Shown: positions 11,581 to 24,579, counted from the first letter of the stretch. The stretch: 50,938 bases of DNA from Octopus bimaculoides (GCF_001194135.2 NC_068998.1:31286583-31337520), one strand, 5' to 3'. Notes: generated by a model not told the origin, from the sequence alone. Numbers and translations: made by a program.

Positions 11581-11718
11581 AGCAGGGTTCGCCACCATCC
11601 CCTGCCGGAGTCTCGTGGAGCTTTAGGTGTTTTCGCTCAATAAACACCCACAACGCCCAGTCTGGGAATCGAAACCGCGATCCTATGACCGCGAGTCCGC
11701 TACCCTAACCACTGGGCC
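11581..11718 (-). mobile_element. tRNA-derived SINE head (second family)
   Basis: Minus strand ggcccagtggttag (A box) ... ggtttcgattccc (B box), followed by non-tRNA body. Confidence 0.7.
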
Positions 11719-12312
11719 TTTCAATGTGCCGACGTTGAGAGTGCCAACCCTGAGGGTGTGGGAGGTATGGGCCCGTGATACCCTGGGGCGGGGAACGGCC
11801 GCGTCAATATATATATAATGTACTGATCCGTGATAGAATACATTTCGTAGAGCTCAAGAGATTTGAACTTGAGCAGGTAGAGTAGTAAATGTAAGGACAA
11901 GCAAGTTCGTCAAGTCGATATATAAAAAATGTTAAATACATTTAATACAAAGAATATACATATGTATACGTATAAAAGAAATCTGACTTACACAAAATGG
12001 AAATTAAGTGGGTTGAGTAGGAGTATGGCTGCAGTCTAATGACTGAAACAAGTAAAAGAGAAGGTATTTAGGGTTTTTTTTCAATCCTATTACATATATA
12101 TTATTTTAATTTTACCTATGCAGGCTTTCTTGACAAGTTTTTAAAATTAAGCCTAGAAGAGTTGTTTCCCTTGAACGATTAAAACTTGATGAATTTTTTT
12201 TTCCTCGATGAGTGTTTACTCCTGTATTAAACAAGCTGTAAGAAAGCATTTAACTTCCAAAATTTGATGAAATGCAACATAGTGTTCCATACCAGTGTCA
12301 TTTAACAAACAT

Positions 12313-12359
12313 GTATGTATGTATGTATGTATGTATGTATGTATGTATGTGTGTGTGTA

Positions 12360-12390
<31 letters not shown>

Positions 12391-12418
12391 TTGTATGTAT
12401 GTATGTATGTATGTATGC
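12313..12418. repeat. Compound (TATG)n/(TG)n microsatellite
   Basis: Direct reading. Confidence 0.95.
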
Positions 12419-12419
12419 C

Positions 12420-12897
12420 ATTATTCAGTATATTTCAAGATTTCTCGCCAATAGAGAATGAACCGTTTTCTAACCAAGATCAAAGGTTCGTTTATTGGAA
12501 TTGGAATTTCAACATCAACAACAGGATATTTTTGTATGTATGTATGTATGTATGCATATATGTATGTATGTGCAGGTTTGTATGCTTTATGTATGTATTC
12601 TCATGCATAGAGTTACATATCTACACATGCTCATATATATTTAAATGATAAACTTCTGGAAAGTTTTACAGATTTTTTCAGTTCTAATGATGGATTGGAT
12701 CTGTAACTTTCAAATTAGCTTTTTCCTTTCTGGTTTTGAGAAGCCTAATTTCTCAGGATGGTATTTAGGCAGTGTGTTACATATCCCAGGGCCCCAGTAA
12801 TTACAGGTATAAACCTGAACTTGTAATCTGGATAGAGTAACTGTAGATTTCTTAATAGTTCAGCATAGGTGTTCTCTTTTACACTGATCTTCGGCTT
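12420..12897 (-). mobile_element. R4/Dong-like RLE retrotransposon 3' end (endonuclease C-terminus + 3' UTR) flanked by (CATA)n on both sides
   Basis: KENTYAELLRNLQLLYPDYKFRFIPVITGALGYVTHCL matches the RLE C-terminal K..Y..L...P...GALG motif; highly similar to 18090-18480. Confidence 0.8.
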
Positions 12898-13081
12898 TAT
12901 GTATGTATGTATGTATGTATGTATGTATGTATGTATGTATGTATGTATGTATGTATGTATGCATGTATGCATGTGTGCATGCATAACTTTAAACTGCATC
13001 TGCTAGTAGGGCTCTGTTTCAGAAATTCCAGGAGTATGGAGTCAGCCCTTAGCAACTATTATTTCCAGGTGTACCCTAAAC

Positions 13082-14176
13082 CTGAGGGTGGACCTGGTGC
13101 ACAGTCACCCACCCCACCCTAAACTAACCATTCCTAATTTTTTTTTCACTGGATTCCTATGTTTTCAATTATGAAGATTTTTTTTCAATCTACATAGAAA
13201 AATATGGAGGTTAAGAATATGGGAGAAAAAAATTTAATTTCAAATTTTTTATGGAAAACTCCAAAATTGATCCACTCCCCATCCTGCTGTCTAAAAGTGA
13301 AAAAAACCCCAGCTGTTTTGTCCATTTCCACATGTATAGATTTATAGTGAATCAAAGAATAAAAAATTTAGAATGGTACAACAATGCACTATAGAACAAA
13401 AAATGGACTATATACCTGTTGTATTTTGGTTATCTATATCCAATGATATTTCGGAATTACAATTCCATCTTCAGATCTTCTTAGCTGACTCCAGTGCATT
13501 GTTGTACCATTCTAAATTTTTTATTCTTTATAAACAATACACAATGCTTCAAGCGAACTACAATACTCTCTTATAGTGAATCAGGAAAAGGACCATGGCA
13601 TGTGAAACCCTCACCACGAAACTTTGATATACTAAAAATGACAGCTAAATGTCTGGAGAAATTTTGTGATTATCTGTGCGCATGCGTGCAACAATTTCTA
13701 CAGCTTATCCAAATGAACAGAGAAAGAAGTACACAGAAATATATTTTACATACCTGTCATATACATCAATTTCGTTTTTTCGCTTTAAAGGTAAACGATT
13801 CTGATAGAAGCAATTACCTTGCTGTCAATTCATTGGATTAATTCCAACAAAATACAAGTTTAGTCACTGGCTCAGCACCTATGTTTGTGTCCTTCATTCC
13901 AAAGTAATAAAAACCTTAACATACTTCCAGAATAGGACTTCATCCATGTGTATCCACGTGTATATATGTGCATGTGTGTATGAAGAAATAAATTAAAAAA
14001 AAAAAGTTAAAAATTAAAAATTTGAAGGGGTGGAGGGAATAAAAAATTTTGAAAATGTGTTTTTTTTTTTGCATATTCGAAATCTCTGTCATTAAAAACA
14101 TAGGAATCTGATGAAAAAAAATCAGAAAGGTAAGTTTGTGGGAGGGGGCGACTGTGCACTAGGTCTGCCAACCTGA
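13082..14176. mobile_element. Non-autonomous DNA transposon with ~90-bp imperfect TIRs
   Basis: Left ggacctggtgcacagtcaccc...ggattcctatgtttt matches reverse complement of right aaaaacataggaatc...ggcgactgtgcactaggtc; no coding capacity inside. Confidence 0.7.
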
Positions 14177-14589
14177 GTAGGAACACTTGTCAGGGTTTCA
14201 GCTATGGGTTAATTATCAAGTCCACCGGGAGTGAGGGGCCATAGCTGTTGTCACAGCTTCTAGGAGAGAGACAATCTGATGTAAAACCTGCTGTTTCACT
14301 TATTACTGGTCATCACTTTGGCTTGTCTCTAGGTACTAAATACGGAGACTCTAAGAGTGATACTCATGTTGTACAAGTATTTATCACAAAAACCCAGTGA
14401 CACACAGATGTCTCTTTATGGTGATCTCATTTGTTATTCAATCTACTGAAATCTTATGGTGATGAAGAGTGGCTACATGCACTGATCTAACCAGTGTGGA
14501 ATAGGTCATAAGTGCTGTTGACAATGAGGAAGCACAAAAAACAGCAATCAACAGGGAAGATGGAGCAATGACCATGTTATTATTTAGAC

Positions 14590-16215
14590 TTATTTCTAGA
14601 TTTCTTGCCAATGAAGAAAGTGTCTGTTTCTAGTCTAGATTCAAGGCTTCTTCATTAGAATTTCAACATCAGCAGGTGTGTATTTGTGCAAGTATTTGGA
14701 GTCAGTGCATGTACAGATCTGTATGTTTTTTCAAAACAATAGCCTGGATCTCATCAAACCTCCAATCAAGAAGCCGGAATGTCGGTGTGAGTACTGATAC
14801 TGCAAATACATTGTGGTCGACTGTTTTATTGAATGCAATAAGTTCTGAAGTCCATATTTTTTTCATCCAGCTGTTATATTCTTTAGTGACACATTCTTTG
14901 TTACAGGCACCATCATAAGTTATATTTTCATCCTAGGTACTTGTAACATTCCTCATCAGATATAGGAGAAACGATTAGATAATTGATGGAGATGCTGCTA
15001 ATCTGGTTGACAGTTTCCATCATTTCACAACCATATAGGAACATTTATCCTTACCAAACTCCAACCCTATATCCTTTGAGAATGCTGTAACTGGGTCAAG
15101 GCTCTTTTTCATATCATGCATATTCCTGACATACAGTTTCAAGTTATCTATGAAGAAGTAGTAAGTAATCTTGGTATTTCAGTCTCTGTGTGCCAATGAA
15201 ATACCTTCCAGACTTAGTCAACATGAATGACTAGGTAATTAACTGAAAGTATTAACAGCATCACAGAGATACTCTCTTGGAATATACCTCTGCAATATTG
15301 TATTTTATCAGTAATAATACAATCATTCTTTGTATTTAACTTCAAGATGATGGCCCAGAATAAAGTCAGGTCAGTTGTGGATTTGATTATGCTATCCAGA
15401 ACTTTAACATGTTCTGGATAGCATCCACAAGTAGGGAACAGTGTCAAAAGCTTTCTTACAAGCTAGTCACATTGAAATCAAGTTCCTCCTATGCCAGCAC
15501 TTCTGACATTACAGTTTTGTTGATCAGTAATTGCTTGGCACATCCCTGAACTTTCTTCCCAGCTACTTGTTCAGCTGTGGATGATATTATTTTCACAATG
15601 GTCTTGGAGGTATAGATTTAAACAGGCTATATATATTTTAGGCATTGAATCCTGGCATGCAACTGGCTGTTAGTTCTTTGTCATGTGGATAGTTTTGTGT
15701 GTGGGGATCAGTTTTGTTTCTGCCAGAGCTAATCAGTGTGGTATGCTAATGTCCCCATTGAGAACTTGCTGTACATGTTGATAAGATATGATCAGTAGAA
15801 GGCCAAGTTGGGATCAGTATCCTACAATCAAGTCTCCTGGCACTTTTCCTTCACAAAATCTTTGAATTGCAGTTCCAAGAGTGTCATCATTGATACCGTC
15901 TATTTTGGGTGTAATGCAAGGACAATAGTTTCTTTGGGCTTTTTCCAACCACAAAGCATGCTGGTTAAACTTTTCATTGCTCCAGATTTTTCTAGAAGGA
16001 TTCTATGTCTTCTTAGAAGGAAGTTCTATGATGTTTTTTGCTTGTCCTCTAATGTTTTTGTACATTACTGTCTGGTTAGGGTTAAATATTTTGTTGATTA
16101 ATTTTCTTTAAGTTACTCTCCTCTGATGATGGAGTTTCTTTTAGCTCATGTTTGTGGGTGATCAGTTTGCAATCAACAGTTCTCTTTTCATTATCGCCAA
16201 ACATTACTTTTATCT
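14590..16215 (-). mobile_element. R4/Dong-like retrotransposon, internally deleted (N-terminal region, RT remnant, 3' UTR)
   Basis: IQYCRGIFQESISVMLLILSVN and the following F(I)DNLKLY-like RT motifs; 3' UTR shared with 12420-12530 and 17305-17360; 5' end abuts (TATG)n at ~16215. Confidence 0.75.
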
Positions 16216-16295
16216 CCACTTTTTGTTGGTGAGTATGTATGTATGTATGTATGTATGTATGTATGTATGTATGTATTCATGTATGTACGTATGTA

Positions 16296-17235
16296 TCATC
16301 ATCATCGTTTAACGTCTGCTTTCCATGCTGGCATGGGTTGGACGGTTTAACCAAGGACTGGTGAGCCAGATGGCTGCACCAGGCTCCAATCTGATCTAGC
16401 AGAGTTTCTACAGCTTGATGCCCTTCCTAATGCCAACCACTCCAAGAGTGTAGTGGGTGCTTTTACATACCACTGGCACGAGGGCCAGTCAGGTGGTACT
16501 CGCTAAGGTAATGCTCAAATGGTGTTTTTTATGTGCTACCTGCACAGGATCCAGTCCAGCGTCACTTGCAACAATCATGTTTAGAAGGTCCTCTTAGCGC
16601 TCCACTAGCATAGATGCCAGTTAAGCGGTGCTGTCATCGAATTTGATTTCGATTTCATTTGCCTCAACAGGTCTTCACAAGCAGAGTTTAGTATCCAATG
16701 AAGGAAAGGTATGCATAAGTGGGCTGGTTACACCCCTGGCAGAGGCCTCGGGTTATGGTCTCACTTGTCGGGCCTTCTCAAGCACAGCATATTTCCAAAG
16801 GTCTTGGTCACTAGTCATTACCTCAGTAATGCCTAATGTTCGAAGGTCGTGCTTCACCACCTCATCTCAGGTCTTCCTGGGTCTACCTCTTCCACAGGTT
16901 TCCTCAACCGCTAGGGTGTGACACTTTTTTCACATAGCTATCCTCATCCATTCTCACTACATGACCATACCAGCGCAGTTGTCTCTCTTGCACACCACAA
17001 CTGATACTTCTTATGTCCAACTTTTCTCTCAAGGTACTTACACTCTGTTGAATATGCACACTGACATTACACATCCAACAGAGCATACTGGCTTCATTCT
17101 TTGCAGGCTTACACATGTCCTCAGCAGTCACGGCCCATGTTTCACTGCCATGTAGCATGGCTGTTCGTACACATGCATCATACAGTTTACCTTTTACTCT
17201 GAGTGAGAGACCCCTTGTCACCAGCAGAGGTAGGA
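16296..17235 (-). mobile_element. 5'-truncated RTE LINE (C-terminus + 3' UTR + (GAT)n tail)
   Basis: ORF 16904-17221 GLSLRVKGKLYDACVRTAMLHGSETWA..QLRWYGHVV; tail homologous to 7952-8500. Confidence 0.9.
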
Positions 17236-17243
17236 TGTATGTA

Positions 17244-17303
<60 letters not shown>

Positions 17304-18052
17304 TGATTGTTCAGTTTAAAAGAGCCGGTTTCTAACCTAGATCCATGGCTCCTTCATTGGGATTTGTCTTCTTAGAAGGAAGTTCTATGATGTTTTTTGC
17401 TTNNNNNNNNNNNNNNNNNNNNNNNNNNNNNNNNNNNNNNNNNNNNNNNNNNNNNNNNNNNNNNNNNNNNNNNNNNNNNNNNNNNNNNNNNNNNNNNNNN
17501 NNNNNNNNNNNNNNNNNNNNNNNNNNNNNNNNNNNNNNNNNNNNNNNNNNNNNNNNNNNNNNNNNNNNNNNNNNNNNNNNNNNNNNNNNNNNNNNNNNNN
17601 NNNNNNNNNNNNNNNNNNNNNNNNNNNNNNNNNNNNNNNNNNNNNNNNNNNNNNNNNNNNNNNNNNNNNNNNNNNNNNNNNNNNNNNNNNNNNNNNNNNN
17701 NNNNNNNNNNNNNNNNNNNNNNNNNNNNNNNNNNNNNNNNNNNNNNNNNNNNNNNNNNNNNNNNNNNNNNNNNNNNNNNNNNNNNNNNNNNNNNNNNNNN
17801 NNNNNNNNNNNNNNNNNNNNNNNNNNNNNNNNNNNNNNNNNNNNNNNNNNNNNNNNNNNNNNNNNNNNNNNNNNNNNNNNNNNNNNNNNNNNNNNNNNNN
17901 NNNNNNNNNNNNNNNNNNNNNNNNNNNNNNNNNNNNNNNNNNNNNNNNNNNNNNNNNNNNNNNNNNNNNNNNNNNNNNNNNNNNNNNNNNNNNNNNNNNN
18001 NNNNNNNNNNNNNNNNNNNNNNNNNNNNNNNNNNNNNNNNNNNNNNNNNNNN

Positions 18053-19095
18053 GTCTTCTAATCAGCCTTTTTCTTTCAGGTTTTGAGAAGTATGTATGTA
18101 TGTATGTATGTATGTATGTATGTATGTATGTGTGCAGATTTGTATGTTTTGTTTTATGTATGTATTCTCATGCATAGAGTTACATATCTACACATGCTCA
18201 TATATATTTAAATGATAAACGTCTGGAAAGTTTTACAGATTTTTATAGTTCCAGTGATGGATTGGATCTGTAGTTTTCAAATTAGCTTTCACTTTTCTAG
18301 TTTTGAAAAGCCTAGTTTCTCAAGATTGGTATTTAGGCAGTGTGTTACATATCCCAGGGCCCCAGTAATTACAGGTATAAACCTGAACTTGTAATCTGGA
18401 GAGAGTAACTGCAGATTTCTCAATAGTTCAGCATAGATGTTCTCTTCTTCACTGATCTTCAGCTTTATGTTAACATTCACTGGGCAGCTAATTTCAATAG
18501 CTGTACAGATACTCTTCTCTATCCCAAATCATTATATCAGGTCTGTTGTGCTTACATTTTATGATGTGGGTGATATCTTCAGTGTCAACTCCACAAAGTC
18601 TGCATTGCTTGTCACATTTTACTGCTTTTCCCTTTTGTTCATCAGGTATTTAGTTGATATTTCTTGTTCCTGGATTGCAAATGCATATCCTTCAAAGCAG
18701 GAAGTAGTAATCAAGCTATTGGTCCATAATAGACTGCTTTGATGATCAATATTACTATCATCTCGGAGCTTTCTACTAACATATCCATGCATAGTCTTCT
18801 GCTGATACAAACTCATTCTTTCATCTGATGATATGTTGCGGTAGAGTCATGTGACTTCTTTGGGCATGTATTCTTAGTTATCATACAAGGAATGCTGCTC
18901 AAGGAGCTGCTTTCCAAGTCTTATGATGTTATCGGCCTCATGTATGCAAACTTGGTCAAGAGATGAACTTCAACACTTGATGGTTAAAAGATGTTGCTGA
19001 AGAGATATAATACAACATTCAAAGGCATTTTGGATTGATATTAAGCCTCTGCTGCCTTGTTTTCATTTGAGGTAGAAGCGGTCTACTTCGCTGTT
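18053..19095 (-). mobile_element. R4/Dong-like 3' half (post-RT region, RLE, 3' UTR)
   Basis: ORFs 18619-18816 and 18289-18480 (CFEGYAFAIQEQEI; YAELL..IPVITGALG); 3' UTR runs into (CATA)n. Confidence 0.8.
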
Positions 19096-19329
19096 TATGT
19101 GGAAATTATGTGTGCTTGTTAGTATTTTTGGGGTTTTCACATCAATGACTCGGATCTCATCAAGCATCCAATCAAGTCGCAGTAGGAGCCGGTCTCATTC
19201 ACACTCGACTGATTCTTTTCCCTCTAGTGCCGGACTTTGTTGGTACCATACCAGGTATCAACACAAGGCCCGCAAATGCATTCAGCCTTGTTCTTTTCAA
19301 TTGTCAAAAAACAACCTGCGGAGGGTTTG

Positions 19330-22300
19330 AGCATGTCAAACACTTCTGACTAATTCTGATCAAATCGTGCATTTTTTTGTAAGGGACCATGTGTCTGGAA
19401 AAGCGTTTATGGTTGACACAGGTTCTAGTTGCTCTATTTGGCCTTTGAGTTTCGCTACAGACAAGCCAAAGTGTTCAGAGATCACCTTGCATGCGGTCAA
19501 TTGGTCTCCCATTGCAACTTACAGTCAAGTTTCCTTACATATTGACATTAATCTTCATCGGGATTTTAGGTGGATTTTTGTCATATCTGATCTCCCACAT
19601 CCTATTCTGGGTGCGGACTTTTTGAACAATTTTAACCTATTGGTCAGGCGACAGAGACTTGTCGATGGTTCTGTGTCTTTTTCTACACCTGCAAAGGCCA
19701 CTACCAATGCTGTTCTCAGTCCTTCATTTTTTGTTGCCACTGCTGGTGATGCATTTCATTCACACTTAGCTTCTTTCCCAGAGCTGGTGGATCAGCGATA
19801 CCAAACGGCAAAACCTACTCACTCGACCCTCCACTATATTACCACCACTGGGTCACCTGTCTTTTCATGCCTGCGGTGACTTGCTCAAGAAGGCTAAGTC
19901 TGAGTTTGAGCACATGCTCCAGCTTGGCCTTATTCACCCCTCCACCAGCCGCTGGGCATCTCCCCTTCATTTGGCACGGAAAGGAGATTATGATTTTCGC
20001 CCAGTGGTGGATTATAGGCATTTGAATACGGTCACTGTTCCTGATCGCTACCCTATAAGACATCTTCAGGATTTCTCCTCTAATTTGCATGGTTATACCA
20101 TTTTTTCTAAGGTCAACCTCGTTCGTGCCTATCACCAAATACCAGTCAATCCTGAGGATGTACCAAAAACTGCTATCACTACTCCTTTTGGCAGCTTCGA
20201 ATTCCTTTTTATGAGTTTCGGTTTGTGGAACGCCACAAGCATGTTCCAATGTTTTACCGATGAAGTTGTCCGTGGACTTGATTTTGTTTTCACTTACGTT
20301 GATGACATACTCATTGCAAGCGACACGCGTGAGAATCACCTCCAACACTTAAATCAACTCTTTCAGTGTCTTCGCGCCTACAGTGTGCGAATCAACCCTG
20401 ATAAGTGTATTTTCGGGCAGATCTCTCTGGAATTTCTGGGGCATTATATCGACTCAAATGGTATCAGACCTCTCTCTTCCAAAGTTGAGGCAATTCAGCG
20501 CATCGCATCCCCCACTTCATTATGCCAGTTTTGGGGGATAGTCAACTTCTACTGACACTTTATTTGTGATTGTGTAGACAAGTTACTTCCTTTGACTCAG
20601 CTATTGAAAACAAATACAAAAAAAGAATTCTCCCATTACTTTATCTGCTGAGGCATTATCTGCTTTTGAGTCAATCAAGAAGAAAATAGCTTCTGTTCCT
20701 TTGCTTGCACATCCGGTTCCCGATGTTCCTCTCTCTTTAACTGTTGATGCATTGGATTCTGTTTTGCAGCACACCGTAGACAATCAGACTAAACCTTTGG
20801 TGTTTTTTTCTCATCAATTAAAGCCAGCCGAACGTCAGTACAGTACTTTTGACCGCGAGCTCTTTGCGATTTACCTGTCAGTTCGTCATTTTCAATATCA
20901 ACTCGAAGGCCGAAATTTTGTGGTTTATACTGATCCCAAGTCTCTTATCTTTGCTCTGTCTTCTAAATCGGACAGACACTCGCCTTGTGCTTTTCATCAT
21001 CTGGACTACATTTTGCAGTTCACGAGTGACATTCAGCACTTACCTGGAACAGAGAACATGCCTGCTGACGCACTTTCTTGTCTTTCTGTGTGCTCTCTTT
21101 CATTCCTTGCTGCAATCGATTTAACCGCCATTGCGTAGGATCAGTCAGCTCTAGACACTTTGGATTTAGCTTCTAACAAGTTATCCTGTTGCAAGTTTGC
21201 CTATCTTCCACTTCCGTCTGCTGAAGACACCATTCTTTGTGACACAACTACTGGTTCTCCCAGGCCGTTTGTACCTGAGAACCACCAGCACTCTGTGTTT
21301 GATGCCTTGCATTCAGTGTCACATCCTGGCATCGCTGCCTCAGTGAAGCTTATTACGGCTTGGTTTCTCTGGCTCAATATGCATTGGATGATCACCGATT
21401 GGGCATGTAAAATGCCAGTGTTCTAAAATCCACAGGTATATTCATGCTCCTCTTGGACAGTTTTCTTCTCTGGAGACTCGCTTTTGCCATGTCCACATTA
21501 ATCTGGTTGGACCATGGCCTGTCAGTCGCGGTTTCTCTTACATATTGACATGCGTCAATCGATTCTCTTGTTGGCCAGAGGCCATTCCGATAGTGGACAT
21601 TTCTGCTGAGTCAGTTGCTTGAGCTTTCATTTCTAATTGGATTACTCGCTTTGTGTCCCAGCTAAGATAACCACTGATTGTAGATGCCAGTTCGAGGCTT
21701 CTCTATTTCGTGAATTGTCATGAATCCTAGGTGTTCATCACATTCGTACGACCAGCTACCACCCAGCCTGCAATGGGATGGTCGAACGTCTTCACAGGCA
21801 ACTGAAGGCTGCTCTATGTGCCACTCCTGATCCGCAGTCTTGGACAGAATTCCTGCCTATTGTTCTTCTTGGTTGTTGCACTGCTGTTAAAACAGATTTA
21901 GGTTTCTTATCTGCTGAACTCCTTTACAGTACCATCCTGGCACTTCCTGGTACAATGTTAGTGCCAGACAACTCATCACCTCCTGATCCAATGTCGTATG
22001 TCACCAGACTTCGCTCGTATTTCTCAAGTCTTTCACCCTTGCATCCACATGACCAGTCCATTTCCTTTCACATCCCACTGGATATTGACAAATGGACTCA
22101 TGTTTTTGTTGAGGATGATTCTGTCAGAGGACCTCTCATTTCTCCTTATAAGGGACCATTTCGTGTATTATCGCGCACGCCCAAAACTTTTAGTCTCGAC
22201 ATCAATGGTCGAGCAGTGACTGTGCCGGTCAACAGACTTAAAAGGGCATATTTTGAGGTGTCCACACCCTTCGATGATGCCCTAAACACACCCACATTTG

Positions 22301-22443
22301 ATCCTTTACAACTACCTACACAACCACCATCACTTATACCTCCATCTTCGTCACCACTACCTAATACGAACAAACCTTGTGTCATCAGGACAGGCCGTAC
22401 TGTGCATTGGCCCAAAAAACTCACTAAAACTATTTATATCTGA
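19330..22443 (+). pseudogene. Gypsy pol (PR-RT-RH-IN) with multiple stops and frameshifts
   Basis: Domain order across ORFs 19367, 19881, 20701, 21160, 21778. Confidence 0.9.
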
Positions 22444-22680
22444 CAATCTCTTTTGTGTTTCCTGTGACAGACAATTGCTTTCTTGTGTACTGGACAGTTC
22501 CAATACTCTGCCATTGAACATTTTGTCAAATTTTTGTGCATACCAATTTATATTTCTTGCAATTATTTTTCTGTTTGACTTGTCACATTGTTGTACCATA
22601 TCTTGTTGGTTGCGATCAGTTGCCATCCTTGCTCTTTCTTGTGCTTGCTCCAATTATTCTGTTTTTGCACTGCTGCATTC

Positions 22681-23099
22681 AGCGGGGAGCCCTTGTAGCG
22701 GCACAAGCAGTCAGCACCATATTGAATGAGATCTTGTGGCAGCCATTGCCATCTCTGAGACTGGAGCAAGACCTCACCTGCATCCATTTGCCATGTGCGA
22801 GCTCAGAACGAGGCTCGCGATGGCAAACTATAAAAAAGAAGAAACCTTGAGGTTCTGTCTATTTTCCTGCTGTGACTGCTAGCAGAGCACACTTCACTAG
22901 CTTGTCCTCTAGGCTAGTTCGCTTGTCGCATCTCCTGAGGCAATGGCCCGCGTAACGGAGAATGATGAATTTATACCGCATGAGATGGCTGCAAAAGAGC
23001 AACATACCACACCTTTGTATATATTGTAAATAAAAACCTGATGGAGAACCTGCGTTTTGCCTAACACTTCTTTACTCGACTGCTGGAGCCTTAGCAACA
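22681..23099 (+). repeat. Polypurine tract (22681-22692) and putative 3' LTR (22694-23099, TG...CA)
   Basis: agcggggagccc precedes TGTAGC; ends GCAACA; AATAAA near 23030. No 5' LTR partner is present to confirm the boundaries. Confidence 0.6.
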
Positions 23100-24410
23100 T
23101 GAAGAGTAATAAATTAATGGGAGAAAGGCGATATTCAACCAATATCCAGAACCTTGCCTCCCATTATAACAGCTTGCTGGTACAGATTGATAAGATTTGG
23201 TCAGTAGAAGGTAAGCTTCTTGTACCAATATCCAACAATCAAGTCTCTTCCTGTTGCTTTTCCATCCTGGAGTTTCTGGATCGCCGTCACAAGAGTTTCG
23301 CCATCAATGTTGTATGTCTTTGATGTAACACAGGAGCAATAACTTTTTCGGATTTCTTCCAGCCACAGAGCATCTTGGTTAAATTCCTTTTCCTCACTCC
23401 AGATATTCCTCCAGAAGGAGTCTATGTCTTCTCATGAAGGAGCTTCTGTGATATTTATTGACCCTCCTCTCATGTCTCTGTATACTGCTGCCTGGTTGTG
23501 GTTAAGTTTTTTGTTTATTGATTTTCTCTTGGTTATTCTCTTCTGATGATGGAGTTTCTCGCTGAGAGCTTTTAGCTCCTGCTTGAGGGTAATCAGTTTG
23601 CAAGTGAGTGCCCTCTTTTTACTGTCTCCAAACATCATTTCTATTTCCTGCTTTGGTGGAATGTATAGTGATTTGCTTGTTTGCATGCAGTAAGCATCAT
23701 TACATGACTGCTGGTCTTCCGTAAACCAGTTGTCTTTTTCTCTGTCTTCAAAACCCATTATGGTACTTTCTTTGTTGTTTCGGTTTTGTTTACTTTTTGA
23801 ATGTCATTCATGTACTGCTTTGCAGTAGCAGCTAGGGCATACAGACAGGTGTTAGTCTGTCAAAATGTGGGTTAATCACTCCACTGTAAATACTCATCAC
23901 CAATTTTGTTAACAACTTTTAATACTATATCTGGTGGGTTTTTTTACTTACTTTGGTAGAGAATACTCTCTCTTTAAGAGAGTACTTCAAAGCCAAAGTT
24001 ATATATTCTCAGAAAAGTTCAGTAAGGGCACATTTCACCGGTATATAATCCTGACTGCAACTACTACTACTACAATAATCTTTGCGGTTGTGCCTGCTAT
24101 TTACCATAGTCGTAGTAGGGGGACAGTGGTCAGTTATTTGAGCCAGTAATGTAGTTTGGCTGACAGGCATTATAGAATCTGTTGGAATGTTGCTAGCTGC
24201 AAAACCATGTGGTGGTCTTATATCATTCACGTTTTTGTTTTTGTTTATAGATTTGGGAAGAAGGTTAATTTTCAATTTTTTAAATAAAGTTACAGTTACT
24301 AACCTTCTTCCTATGTTCTACAAATGTTGCTTGTTGGTGTAGTTGGTTTGTAGTAAAATTATTTAATTCTAGATGCAGGTCGTCCCAATATGATTTCAAT
24401 CAATTCATAT
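23100..24410 (-). mobile_element. R4/Dong-like 5' portion (N-terminal ORF region up to the start of RT)
   Basis: ORF 23432-23758 (MFGDSKKR..CKLITLKQELK..INKKLNHNQ..VYRDMRG) aligns by eye with 16060-16220; 5' end abuts (TATG)n at ~24412. Confidence 0.7.
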
Positions 24411-24484
24411 AGCTATGTATGTATGTATGTATGCATGCATGCATCATATATGTATGTATATGTATGCATGTGTTAATGATGATG

Positions 24485-24531
<47 letters not shown>

Positions 24532-24546
24532 GACACACACAGACAG

Positions 24547-24579
<33 letters not shown>

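Larger units (their letters stand above)
7952..11810 (-). mobile_element. RTE-clade LINE, long degenerate copy (APE start, RT, C-terminus, 3' UTR, (GAT)n tail), gapped and SINE-interrupted
   Basis: HTLRVGTLNVGTLKG (APE N-terminus) at ~11720-11765; RT motifs KAPGPS, NYRSIKLL, QFGFVPGKST, DMEKAFDRV, GVHQGSVL, LLYADDL; RLRWYGHV..GRGRPRKTW; 3' UTR 7960-8500 ending gcggacgttaaacgatgatgat. Confidence 0.92.
19097..23099 (+). mobile_element. Ty3/Gypsy LTR retrotransposon, 5'-truncated in gag, with pol pseudogene and 3' LTR
   Basis: gag C-terminus CWYH..Y.HKARKC..PC; protease VDTGSS; [24 protein letters not shown]; RNase H TVDA..YSTFDRELFAIY; integrase HPG.., GMVERLHRQLK. Confidence 0.93.

Noticed and set aside
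10639-11643. Long ORFs spanning N runs (also 17345-18086, 24700-25474, 26059-26905, 44545-45903)
   Set aside because: Artefacts of gaps translated as X.
11581-11718. Possible tRNA gene
   Set aside because: A/B boxes are present but there is no acceptor stem or terminator, and it continues into SINE body sequence.
11760-11815. GC-rich 5' end of the RTE as an HDV-like ribozyme
   Set aside because: Only ~50 nt remain before (TA)n. I could not build the nested double pseudoknot, and it looks like truncated upstream ORF or UTR sequence.
12124-12182. Possible terminal exon GFLDKFLKLSLEELFPLND*
   Set aside because: Single good acceptor only; no upstream partner or homology.
12272-13122. ORFs with MYVC/HTYI repeats (also 24415, 49300, 50295-50704)
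   Set aside because: Translations of (TATG)n and (CA)n microsatellites.
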